A stretch of DNA of 63,814 nt, filler included, from Dugesia japonica (Eukaryota), in the NCBI GenBank assembly GCA_001938525.1. It is 5 parts of 5 records of this genome, joined end to end, with 100 filler letters (N's around TTAATTAATTAA, not from the genome) between each part and the next. Parts side by side here need not be neighbours in the genome. Positions count along the whole stretch, not along the records: positions 46,088 to 54,995 come from MQRL01634071.1; positions 55,096 to 63,814 come from MQRL01573063.1; 3 more parts are not named here. The stretch is one strand, 5' to 3'. Below are positions 49,168 through 61,120 of this stretch, piece after piece. A program made the translations under genes and the position numbers. The stretch's first letter is position 1. Each line of letters opens with the position of its first letter. The notes under the pieces are model-generated. The model made no database searches, was not told where the DNA came from, and saw only the letters and a list, made by a program, of their open reading frames with translations.

Positions 49168-50355
49168 TATTTGGTTGTGTAATAAATTTCCACGTTTTTT
49201 GCTTATAAGACTTTTTGAAGATAACAACCATTATATAAACAACAAATTAGAACACATAACAACAAATTAGTCAATAATATATTCTCCATCGTTACTTGCG
49301 ACCTTTTTTCACCTATCGAACCACTTGTTGATGTCGTCTCTCCAAAAGGTCTGGTTGTTAGTTGATGAATTGGGTGAGCCAGTATTTTACGTCTTGCACT
49401 TCATTTGATTCGACATTGTGCGGAAAAGATGATAATCCATTGTCGAAATGTTTAAAAAGTATGAAGGATGTGACAGAGCCTCCCATTCGAGATTATTTAA
49501 AGCATTATTGACGATGTTTGAGGTGTGTGATTTTACATAGTCGTGAAGAAGTATGACTTGTCCACGTCGATCGACCCTTTTGTTCTGAATTGCTTCGTTC
49601 ACGCGATGAAGTTAGGTGACAACATTACTTGTCTACAGTCTTATTTTTCTGCAGCATTTCTTATTAGAGTAGATATTCACAGTCTCACCAGAAACAGATC
49701 ATTGTCTTCTTTTGATGTAGTTCTTGCTTTGTTGTGTCACCTATTGTCTTCTACCCTTTTATGATTTTCATGTTAACTTAAAAAAACTACGTCTCTTTCC
49801 CGGTAACGAATCTATAAAGAAATCGTTGCTTGTGAACGAGTGTTGTACAGTGTCCCGCGAGATTTTGAGCTGCTTTTTGCACCGATTTGCCTTGCTGTTA
49901 TCACTTAACTTATGTGGCACTCAAGCTTTAAGTTTATGAGTAATGGCTATGGAGTGAAAATGATTGGCAATGGACTTTAAGGCACAGTTCATCTTTTCTT
50001 CCAACTTGCACGTTGTTTGACAACCATCTTTCTTCAGAAACGTCTTAAATGGATCTTCATCAAAGTTGAAGGTCGACTGGAGCGATATGTGTCGCCAAGG
50101 TTAAAATTGTCATTTTTTGTATTAAGCAAAACCAAACCTACAGGTCACAACTTTTGGATGACGACGAAATGTGAAATAGAGTAAATGTCTAAAATAAATA
50201 TATTGCATCTTGGAATTTTAATTTCAAATGTCTAAAAATAATTGAAAGTCATTGATTACAAATTGATTAAAATTAACACTAACTTGCGACTGCATATATG
50301 TTTTTTGTATATTCTTATTTGCAAGAAAAAGAATACAAAAAACACGGGGATTTGT
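49168..50355 (-). mobile_element. mariner element, near full length, decayed
   Basis: VILLHDYVKSHTS..LEWEALSHPSYFLNISTMDYHLFRTM (HDNA..HPxYSPDLAPxDY-like); an RSSRP linker near 50075; TIR-like TTGGTTGTGTAATAAATTTCCACGTTTTT at 49172. Confidence 0.8.
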
Positions 50356-50390
50356 AGATTTCAATATTACTTTGGTTTTAATGAGCTATT

Positions 50391-51558
50391 TTGTTTATTT
50401 TTATGAAAACCTTTCAAATTATTAATGAATACCCTTTAATAAGAAAGAAAAAACTCTTTTTATTGCATTACGAGAGATTGCTTGTAAAAATGGAAAAGAT
50501 CAAACCAGACTACGGGACGGTCGACGAATTATATAATGCTTTTAATGTCAATAAAAATTATGCAAAAAATTTATAATATATTCTTTGAACGTAGCACTTT
50601 GGATCAGAAGCAGGACTCTAGAAGATCTCATATTGATTATTATGGAGCGCAACTGACAAATGTATTCAAATTCATTTATAAGTTCCGCTCCAGTAGTATC
50701 CGAGACATTTCAGAAATATTCCGAAGAGTGGTGTTCAAAGAATTGTCGAAAATTAACATTTCAGACATGTCCCCAAAGAACATGTTCTCAGATGATCAGA
50801 AAGCTAAAAGATTGAAGTGTTTCCGACAAAATTGCCGTAATGCATGGGACATATTTGTGGAGGTTAATGAGAAATGGTTCGAGTTAAAATCATTCACCCG
50901 CGAAAAATTTGTCCGAATAGTCCCAGGGAAAAATGTACCGTAATAAGAAAATATAACGTACCAAAAATAGTGATATTAACTGCTGTAGCAAAACCGAATT
51001 CAGAATATAATTTCAACGGTTTTATCAGAATTTGGGGGATTCAGATAGACCACGAAGCCAAGCGATCATGAAAGAACCACAAAAAAGGTGATATGTATGA
51101 TATGATTGTGATATGATTACACAATTAATTCTAACAACTTTTATGATTTGAGGCATGTTGACGTCATGCCTGCAGTTTCAAAGAGGATACACTGTTCTAA
51201 AAACGTTTTCATTCAAATGGATAATGCTTGCCCACATCTTGGCAAAAACAATGTGCACAAGTTAAATGACTTTGGGGACAGTCTAATTCCACCAGTTACC
51301 ATTATTAACCAGCCGGCTCAATCTCTTGAATTAAACATTAATGATGTTGGCTTGCTTTGTTTTTTGAGTAAGCGATGCCAAATACATTTGTGTAAGGATC
51401 TAGATATTTTGTGCACCACAATGAAAAATTAATAATAATAAGAGTTTGTTGACAATATTTTAGTGCTTATGTTTGTATTAAAATTTTATTAAATATCAAT
51501 GCTTTGCATATTTAAATTTAGAAATAGGGTTAATCATTCTTATCACGCGACCATTGTA
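50391..51558 (+). mobile_element. Tc1/mariner transposon of the DD39D (plant/oomycete-type, GT) group, frameshifted
   Basis: VEVNEKWF, PKIVILTAVAKP..FNGFIRIW, FIQMDNACPH and NQPAQSLELNINDVG correspond to the DD39D motifs HIDEKWF, KVMFLxAVARP..FDGKIGIW, IQQDNAxPH and QPPNSPDxNxLDLG. Terminus CATTGTA at 51558. Confidence 0.75.
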
Positions 51559-52671
51559 AAAAAAGAATTTACTCTGCGGCTGTTAGCAACTAAAAGGTTG
51601 TCCACCCCTATCCTAAAGAAATCGAATTTTCGGATGAAATACTAAATTTTAAGAGTCACTGATAAATAGACAATACAAAGAACTGTATTTGGAATTCAAA
51701 TATCAATTAGTATTAATTCGTTCTTCGTCAGCGTCTCTAAAAGATTTGACTACATTACATAATACAATTTGGCATCTTTAAGAACAGCTATTAAGAATTG
51801 TTAAATCAGCTGTTAGAGTTGTTTCTTTGTAAATTTAATTGGTTTCAACATTAATTTTGCAAATCCATATTATTTCTATTAAATCTTTAAACTTTTATTA
51901 TTGGAACTCTAACACTGTTCTGTATAACAATTTTAAGTAATCGCAAAGGATTTGCAATGCAATATTTTACGAAACTAAATCTTTTTTACATTTATGTTCT
52001 AATTTTATTGTTCTTAAGGATTTTAGCTATACATTAAATTATTGTCTGATAACAAAATAATATACGCTTTTTACAGTACAGTTTGAAATAAGTTTCTTCT
52101 TCGCAGATGTAAAACAAAATAGTTGCATGGAATGATTAGCAAGTTATTTTAAGCCGACACAAATGTTAGTTTAAATATTTTTAAAAATAAACTTTCTTTT
52201 AACTCTGAAAAATAACTACTGTCAAAAATATTGAAAACTTTGGCTATTTAAAACAATAATTGAAATTTTATATATTTTTAGGTTTATTGAAAATTGAAAA
52301 TAAAATTTGTTTAGATGCAATCTTACTTTTATCTCTTTCTCACTTTTCTATTGTGCTTTAGTATTCTGTAAAACGATTTCATCTCATTGTGACTTTTTAA
52401 AATCATTTGAATTACTTTAAATAAAATTTTTCAGAATTTGATAACAAATTAAATTCAATATTCTTTTCGTAAATTTTGGAAAAGAATATTGAATTTCTAA
52501 AGGTAATTAAAGACTTAACATTTATTTGGTTAATATTTCTTATTATTTTACTTTTTTTAGAGATCAATACTTCAAAATACTTTAGAGATTTTTTTGTTCT
52601 TTTATTTTAAAAGCATTTTCTTCAATGCATGATTATTTTAAAATTGTAAGTGCTTGAGAATGAAAGTGTTA

Positions 52672-52740
<69 letters not shown>

Positions 52741-52797
52741 NNNNNNNNNNNNNNNNNNNNNNNNNNNNNNNNNNNNNNNNNNNNNNNNNNNNNNTAA

Positions 52798-52862
<65 letters not shown>

Positions 52863-52881
52863 GTAATAGTAATAATAATAA
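52672..52881. repeat. (TAT)n / (ATA)n microsatellites either side of a gap
   Basis: Directly visible. Confidence 0.95.
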
Positions 52882-53199
52882 TATATCAATATATTTAAAC
52901 TTAATATCATGATATATAAATGGAAATTTTTGTAAAATAATGATGAATAGTTGAAGTAATTTAAATATTTTTAAACAAAATTTATTGTAAATTTTTAGAA
53001 ATGAATATTTTATTTAAAGTTTCGGAAAAGTTTTAAATGAAAATTTAATAGCAAATGATTATTGTATTTAAAATTTTGGAAATGTTTAAAATGGAAATTT
53101 AATAATAAAAGAAAAATTTTTATCTAAAATTTTAATAATTGAAAAATGATATCCAATTAAAGCATAGAGTTTTAATTAGTTTGAATAAACAAATAGTGA

Positions 53200-54995
53200 T
53201 GGATATAGTTTTGTTGTGTGAATAAATCTTTTATGGAAATGAGTTTTGACATTAATTATACGATGAGTCCTTCAAACTAATTTAACATGGTGGCGTGGTC
53301 AATCCCGATGAGATCACAGAGAAATTGTTGCCAAAAATATTTTGCAGAGGCGATGATCTAGAGAAGTTTATTAAACTGTGTGAAATATAATTTAAGGCGA
53401 AGAACAACGTTATTAAAGAAGATCAGTAGCGCTTGATAACGTGTATACTTGATGAAGAATTAATGGAGGCATGTATAAAAACATTTAAAAAACCTGATGG
53501 ATATCAAGAGATTGCGATTAGCTTTTAAAAGTAAAAGAGATTTAATAAAAGTTTTGCGGAATTTTGTAAACTATCGACATGATGGTGAAGACCTTGAAGT
53601 GTTTTTTTAAAAAGACTTGGTTGATAAACTTTTAACAAATGGAGAACTCTTGTAAAAAATTCTTATAATTTGCGCAAAAGAAGAGAAAGTCATGCGAAAA
53701 TTGGAAAAGTATAAAATATAAAAGAAACTAATTGAAAAAATAAAAAGAAAAGAACCTATTAACGCTGTAAAGAGTTAATCGGGAATAACACGTGGAGAAA
53801 GTACCGAAGACAGGAGACAAACATTGAGAGAGAAAAGAACAGAACCACGGTGTTGGACATGCCAAAGTAATAAGCACACAAAAAGAGAGTGTCCAAAAAT
53901 TCACAAGTGGAATGCTGGACATGATATAAAAAAGTACATTGAAGTAGAAATTATCCAGACAAAAAGCCGCCAAAATGTTTTGGGTGTGGTAGGATTGGTC
54001 ACATCAAAAAGGATGTGTACAGAAATTATATGCGGTAGATTTAAAAGACCGGGTCACAGAGCGTAAGACTGTTATTCGAACAATAACAAACCAAGACTAG
54101 AAGAGAGAAGATACAATTTTAAAAGCGGACAACAAACGAAAGATTGGAGTTGGGCCAATTCATGCTATCGAGAGGAGGATGATAATGAGAGTGGAGAAAT
54201 AGTTTCTGGGAACATAAGTAGAAGATAGAGATCTAAAAAGAAAATAATCAGAAGGCAGGGCTCTTTCAGTAGAGATGTTGATAGTAGCCATTCATTAAAC
54301 ATAATAATGTTTTATTTATCTTCAGGATGCCGAGAAATGGAATGAGATTAGTAAAGTGGGAGAAAGATTTTTCAGATTTCTGAAGTGGAAATTAACAAAA
54401 CAGAATTAATAGGAGCAATCAAAGAAAAATAGAACGTATGATAAGAAATTTCGTATGATAAGATACAAGGAAGACCTAGCAGTGATGATCAAAAGTGAAC
54501 AGTTTAATTGTTTGTTAGATATGAGAGCACGAATAAATATAATGAGTATGAAAGAATTTAGTAGACTCAAAGAAACGATATTAGAGAAAAGCGAGATTGA
54601 TTTGCGCGAATAACAGCTCATTGATACAAATGGAAAGATACGTGTGGATCTTTTAGTTTCAAAAGTATGCAAGGAAGTAGCATTTTTTAATAGTAGAGAA
54701 AGTAATACCAGATCTAATTGGTCAAGTATTATTTCAGAATACTATTGGGTATCATCTGCAAAAAACCTGCATAGTAAACATCAATAATCAATAATAAAAA
54801 TTTGTTTGCAACATCGAAGCAAAATTTGGAAGACAGATACATAGAGGCAAATGATTCAGACATGCATTGGATATTCTAGAAATTAACAAAGATCAGAGAT
54901 TAATTGCAATTATTCAGAATAATGAGGATGTATTTATGGCGGACAAAAATAATCTCACATAAAGATCCCAAAAGTGGAAAATTAAAAACAAGGAT
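53200..54995 (+). mobile_element. Ty3/Gypsy LTR retrotransposon 5' part: LTR end, PBS, gag, protease (decayed)
   Basis: AATAAA at about 53220, LTR end ..TAACA followed by a TGGTGGCG PBS at 53288, gag LPKIFCRGDDL, knuckle CWTCQSNKHTKREC, and protease-like CLLDMRARINIMS at about 54510. Confidence 0.8.
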
Positions 54996-55095
54996 NNNNN
55001 NNNNNNNNNNNNNNNNNNNNNNNNNNNNNNNNNNNNNNNTTAATTAATTAANNNNNNNNNNNNNNNNNNNNNNNNNNNNNNNNNNNNNNNNNNNN
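54996..55095. other. Artificial scaffold-joining spacer
   Basis: N44-TTAATTAATTAA-N44. Confidence 0.95.
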
Positions 55096-55454
55096 AATAA
55101 ATAAAATTCGAAATTACTTTTGTTTTAAATATCTAAATATTAATTATAGTTGAAAATTTGTCAATTTATTTTTGCCCAAAATTAAAATTGAATTTATCCT
55201 TCCGTTTTTCTGACTTAAAAATAATACATTAATTAATTCTAATTTTTTTAAGAATTTAACATATGTCACTCATAGGTTATTGAAATTTGAAGTAATCTGG
55301 CAGGATAATAAGGCGCCTTAGTGTGATGATTATACTTTTCATTAATTAATTCGTTACACAAAATGTCAATTATTTTTAAGTATTCATATGAGTACTGTAA
55401 TATAGTATTACGCAAAAATTTTTATGTTATTCTTTGTACTTTTATTCAGTTACT

Positions 55455-55457
55455 ATA

Positions 55458-55521
<64 letters not shown>

Positions 55522-55571
55522 NNNNNNNNNNNNNNNNNNNNNNNNNNNNNNNNNNNNNNNNNNNNNNNNNN

Positions 55572-55634
<63 letters not shown>
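55455..55634. repeat. (ATT)n microsatellite with gap
   Basis: Directly visible. Confidence 0.95.
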
Positions 55635-55809
55635 TAAAATTATTTAAGTTTTTTACAAAAATTGAAATTTAAATCAAAAGAATAAAATGATCAATTTGTT
55701 TAAAAAATAGCTGCTATTTACTATCTTTCGAATTTGAATAAATGATTTAAATATTGAAACGCCAACAAGCGTTTCCACTAACAATTATTAATATAATAAT
55801 ATTACTTTG

Positions 55810-57225
55810 ATAATTCCCAAGCACGTGTGGCTGTATTGCATTCATATTTCATACCAATCACATTTATTTTTGGCGGGAAATTTAAAAATTTATTTTTGGC
55901 GTAAAATTAAAAAATTTTTTTTTTGGCAGGAAATTTAAAAAACTTTTTTTTGGCGGGCAAAATTTTTAATTTAATTAAAATTATGGGGAGTTTCTATATT
56001 AAGCATTAGACAGTCTTGATATTTTGCATGGAGAGTTTCTATATTTAGCATGGGATGGGGCAGACTTGATATTTTGCAAGGCATCGGGAAGTCTAAAATT
56101 CATAGACATGTGATTTTCAGTGTATGTGTGTTGCAGCTATGTTTCATTTGAGTTACATTTATTAAAATACATCTATCAAAAAACTACAAAGAGTGGAGTC
56201 TTTGTGATATTTACATAATAAAATATTCAAATTTAAACTTTTCTTTACAAGATGATGAAAATATATAACCTGTTTCAAGCAAAGAAACATATAGCTAGGT
56301 AATTTTCTATAAAAAACATATTATTCATGTAATTTTCAATAAAAAAACTCATTGGTGATGCCATTTTTAATAAAACATCTCAGTGACGATGCAGTATTTA
56401 ATAAAAAAACGTTACTAGTGACAATTTTCTATAAAAACATATTACTAGTGACAATTTTCTATAAAAACATATTAGTCATGTAATTTTCAATAAAAATTCT
56501 CATTGACATTGCAATTCTTAATAAAAAACATATTACTGGTGACAATTTTCTATAAAAAATCTTATTAGCTGTGAACATTTCTGAGAACAAAATGATAAAA
56601 CATAGAACTGTTTTCATAAAAAATAATAAATTCATGNNNNNNNNNNNNNNNNNNNNNNNNNNNNNNNNNNNNNNNNNNNNNNNNNNNNNNNNNNNNNNNN
56701 NNNNNNNNNNNTATGAGTGTATAGAGTTAATGAGTATATAAGGTTTGAGTATATTATTTGCATAGTTACCTTGTATTATTTACATGCAACCGTGTATTAT
56801 AAGATTTGTGAGTATATTATTTGCATAGTTACCTAGTATTATTTAGATAGCAAACATGTATTATAAAGTAACACTGTATTATAGGGTTTATGAGTATATT
56901 ATTTGCATAGTTACCTTGTATTATTTACATGCAATCGTGTATTATAAGTTTTATGAGTGTATTATAATTACTATTATGAGTGTATTAATACATACTAACA
57001 ATGTATTAAAGGGTTTATGAGTATATTATTTACGCATTAACCATGTAAAATAAAGTTTACGACTGTATTATTTACATAGCAACCGTATAATCTAGGGTTT
57101 ATGAATATATAGTAAACATGCAAAATGCATACCTATTTATTAAAAGTTGTACGTATTTATTTCTGTATTGCATCTCTATTGCATATCTTTTGCATTCATA
57201 TGTAAAAACTATTTACAATAAGAAC
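55810..57225. repeat. Complex repeat family (same as 35945-37244 and 39000-40950), probable Maverick terminal region
   Basis: Shared AATTCCCAAGCACGT, TTTGGCGGGAAATTTAAA, CAGTCTTGATATTTTGCA, ~33-bp GTGACAATTTTCTATAAAAACAT tandem units and GGGTTTATGAGTATATT units. Confidence 0.6.
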
Positions 57226-57331
57226 ANNNNNNNNNNNNNNNNNNNNNNNNNNNNNNNNNNNNNNNNNNNNNNNNNNNNNNNNNNNNNNNNNNNNNNNNNN
57301 NNNNNNNNNNNNNNNNNNNNNNNNNNNNNNN

Positions 57332-57619
57332 AACGAGACTCTAACTTGCTAAATAGTGTATTTATTTTAACTCGTAAATAATCACTTCTTAGAAGAATAA
57401 ATAGCCTCTAGCTAAATGAAAAAGAGCAATAACAGGTCTGTGATGCCCTTAGATGTCCGGGGCCGCACGCGCGCTACAATNNNNNNNNNNNNNNNNNNNN
57501 NNNNNNNNNNNNNNNNNNNNNNNNNNNNTGAAACACTGTCGTAACAGGGATTGTGAATTGTAATTATTTCACATGAACGAGGAATTCCTAGTAAGCGCAA
57601 GTTACTAGCTTGCGCTGAT

Positions 57620-57660
<41 letters not shown>
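57332..57660 (+). rRNA. 18S: 18S rRNA 3'-region fragment (pseudogenic)
   Basis: AACGAGACT, GCAATAACAGGTCTGTGATGCCCTTAGATGT, CGCGCGCTACA, AACGAGGAATTCCTAGTAAGCG and GTCCCTGCCCTTTGTACACACCGCCCGTCGCT are universal eukaryotic SSU motifs. The match ends abruptly at 57660. Confidence 0.97.
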
Positions 57661-57870
57661 AATTTTTTAAGTAAATTTGTTGTATCTTTTTCAGCAAATG
57701 TTATGAATGTATTCCAGACGTTATAGGAATTCCGAATAGCTGATATTCCACAGGCTTCAGCGATTTCATCAACAAGAATGGATGGGAAGCCAAAGGATCT
57801 AAGAAGAGAGCAATTTGGAGGGTACCATGAACCCAGAGCTCCAATTATCAGAAATGAGCACTCTGGAAAT
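57661..57870 (-). pseudogene. C-terminus of a restriction-like endonuclease (RLE) non-LTR retrotransposon (NeSL/R2/R4-type)
   Basis: FLIIGALGSWYPPNCSLLRSFGF..ACGISAIRNSYNVW matches the RLE tail (I-I/V-G-A-L-G-S-W..N..L..G..A-I-x-x-S-x-x-I/V-W). Confidence 0.7.
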
Positions 57871-58181
57871 TTTGATAAAGTCAATTCCGGAAACCGTATC
57901 GAATTTTAATAATCGTAAGACTTTCCGACAACGAATTTATGGAAAATTCATTTCGAAATTGTCTGATTCAGAAACCAAAGAAATAGTAGAAATGCTGGCA
58001 TATAGCTATCAGAGGATTTTAGATTAAATTGTGAAATAATAAACTTCTTGAATATATACTGTCTACTTTTTAGTCTAGAATAATTATTAGTCTAATTAAT
58101 TATAAAAACCTAATTAATTTACTAATTATAAAAAATAAAAAATGTAAACAATTATTCAGTAAAATACATATTAAAATAACA

Positions 58182-58692
58182 TTAGTTTTTAATAATCTGC
58201 AGAATATTTTCTTTCAGGATTTCATAATGGGTCTTGTTTTCCTTGCAATGGAAATCTAATTCTATTTCTATAATGATTTCGTCTATAATAAGATTTGTTT
58301 CCATTGATAGTGATAGAGAGATTTGGTCAAAATAATGTTTTGTGGACAACACCATATAATCCTTAAGAAATTCTGGAAACATTTCATGTAATATCTGCTT
58401 TGATATTTCTAACAAAATTAAATTAATTAAAGTAACATTAAATTAAACTCTTAACACAAAAATACTGCTTTCTTTCTTCTTCATTTTCCAATTTAATCAT
58501 ATCATCATCATCAACATCATGGTATGTGTTTTCCATCTTTTCATATTCATGTTTCTGTTCCTCTTGAACAGTTTTTTCTTCTTCATAACCATTGATGTCT
58601 GGAGCAATATTTTCTGGTTAGGATCATTTTCAAGTCTGCTTTTTTCTCACACATGATTTTCCAAATTATTTACAGAAACATTAAGAGACATT
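58182..58692 (-). pseudogene. Two-exon small acidic ORF of a repeat family, copy 2
   Basis: Open exon 2 (58182..58415) is homologous to 44870-45110. Upstream exon and promoter region align with 45140-45680. Confidence 0.55.
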
Positions 58693-59819
58693 TTTGTAAA
58701 AGTGAGTTTATTTTTGGAAACAAGTTCTATTTATAAAAACCCGATAACCAATCATAACTATTAAAAGGAATATTAAAGAATCATATCAATTTTAGCAAAC
58801 ATTAACTAATAGGAACTCACAAAAAACGGGTATGTATGTATAGCAACTAGTATATATGCAAAGGTTTATATAAAATTAATCATTTTTACAACTCCAAAAG
58901 AAAATTTATTTAGTAAACAAATTATTTAGTTATAATACATAAATTAAATGATTTGTTAATTAAATAAAAAACATTTTCTTAATTTATTATGTAACATAAC
59001 AACTAGAAATTTATTATTACATAATATGTTAATTATTACTTCACTGAATACGTAATGGAAAACATGTAAGTATTTGTTACGTAGTAGATTAATTTTCATG
59101 TAATTGGTTACGTAATAGATTAAACGTGTGTGCATTCTTTACGCAATATACCACGTGTCACTTAAAATATATTTTTAATAATATTAATATTAATGACAAT
59201 ATATATTATTATTATTTCTCTATTTATCCCTACATACCATATTTTGCCCAATATTACCCTACTTTACTCATTTTAATCCTTTAGCATATTTAACCTATTT
59301 GGTCTTATTTGACCCTGTTTTACCTTATTTTACCAAATTTGGTTGGACTTTCCTATATTTTCTTTATATTTATTTATTAAGTTTCAAAAAATAATAATAA
59401 TTTATGATTTATTTTATTAGATAAAGAATTAAGTCCATTTCAATTTCAGTTTAATATGGGTTTCAACATGAAATATAGGTATTTCATTCGATATAATTCT
59501 TCATTATTTGTTTGCCTTTCATCTGAGCCTTGCTTGCACACTAGTTACTTTGCTTGCTCTTTGGGTTTCATTTTCTTTTAAATACCTAATTATCAGTAAC
59601 ATTTTTAGTAATATCAATCTTTAGAATATAATGTTATATGGTTTTGATATGGGTAATATGATTTGCATCATAGAAACATTTTTGACTTGGTATTTTGTTA
59701 TCATAAAAAAAATAAATTTTACCCTAAGAAAATATGAGTTTGGACATGGAAAATATTTAATAGAGTAAATCTAGTCACTAATTATACTGTATTTATTCTA
59801 TACATAGTCATTTAATATG

Positions 59820-61120
59820 CTTAATTTGTTTACCGACTAAATTTATTTTTACCGACTAAACAATTTACAAATTTGCCCGAAAAATTACTGAAACTTATCA
59901 TTACCAAGAAAAAAATGGACCAATATTGCCTAAACCGAGCAATCCTGAGGAAATATTTGATCAATATGACCTAGACGGGGTAAATAATTGATGAAATTGT
60001 CCAAAGCTAACCAAAATTGACCACACCTGAGGAAATATTTGACCAATATTACCTAAATCGGGTAACAAATTTACCAAAAAAATACCAATCCCAAGGAAAT
60101 ATTTGAACAAATCACCTAAAAATTACCTAAAACCGATTAAGTTTACCCATATTTGACCTAACCGAGAAAACTTTCAATGAATTTTACCTAAATCTTCCAA
60201 AGAGTTACCAATCCCGAGGAATATTTCAGCCAATATTTCCTAAATCGAGTAAATAATTGACCAAATGCTTTTATTGTTAACCATTCCCGTGGAAAGATTT
60301 AACTGAATCGCATAAAAATGAACCAAATTCAAACAGTTTGATGAAAAATTGAATTAAATCAACCAAAAACTATCCAAATTAACAATTCCCGAAAACAATT
60401 TCAACAAAATTTATCTAAACCTACTAAAAATTGACTTCAGTTGATCACACCAAAAAAAATTGTAACCAATTTCACCTAAATCATCAAAAAATTACCAATC
60501 TTGATGAAAATAAAAAGTGACCAAAACTTCCAAGAAATTATCCAAACCAAGCAATCCCGATGAAATAATTTACCAAATCAACCAAAAAATGAGCCAAATT
60601 AACGATTTCCGATGAAATAATTGGCCAAATTAATCTAAAACGGACAAAGTTTGCCCAGATTCGACCTAACCGATGAAATATTTCTCCAATATTAGCTAAA
60701 CCGAGTAAATAATTGACTAAATTGTTAAAACAAATAACCCAAAATGACCAATCTGGCGGATATATTGGACCAAATCCCCCAAAATTGCTTCAAATTGACT
60801 ATTCTCGAGAAAATAATTGGCCAAAACGTCAAAAAATTACCTAAACTGATCATTCCCGAAGAATTAATTTACAAATATTGCCTAAACCGAGTAAATAAAT
60901 GACCGAATCGCCCAAAGACTGCCTAAATCCCGAGGAAATAATTTACCAATATTTCTTAAACTGAGTAAATAATTGATCGAATCTTCCAAAAATTATCCAA
61001 ACCAACCAAAACCGAGGAAATATTTGACCCAATAACCCAAAAATTACGAATCCTGAGAAAAAATCACATCAAATTCATCTGAACCAAATCAAAAATCGAC
61101 CTCATTCGACCTAACCTAAT
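59820..61120. repeat. Degenerate satellite (ACCAATCCCGAGGAAATATTTGACCAATATTACCTAAACCGAGTAAATAATTG-like units)
   Basis: Recurrent CCGAGGAAATA and ACCTAAA/GACCAAA subunits with about 11-bp periodicity. Confidence 0.75.

Noticed and set aside
52650-55672. Poly-Tyr / poly-Ile ORFs
   Set aside because: (TAT)n/(ATT)n microsatellites plus gaps.
57588-57884. 98-aa ORF as a genuine protein
   Set aside because: Its last ~24 codons (VVATGGVYKGQGRNQRKL..) are antisense 18S rRNA; only the N-terminal part is retrotransposon-derived.
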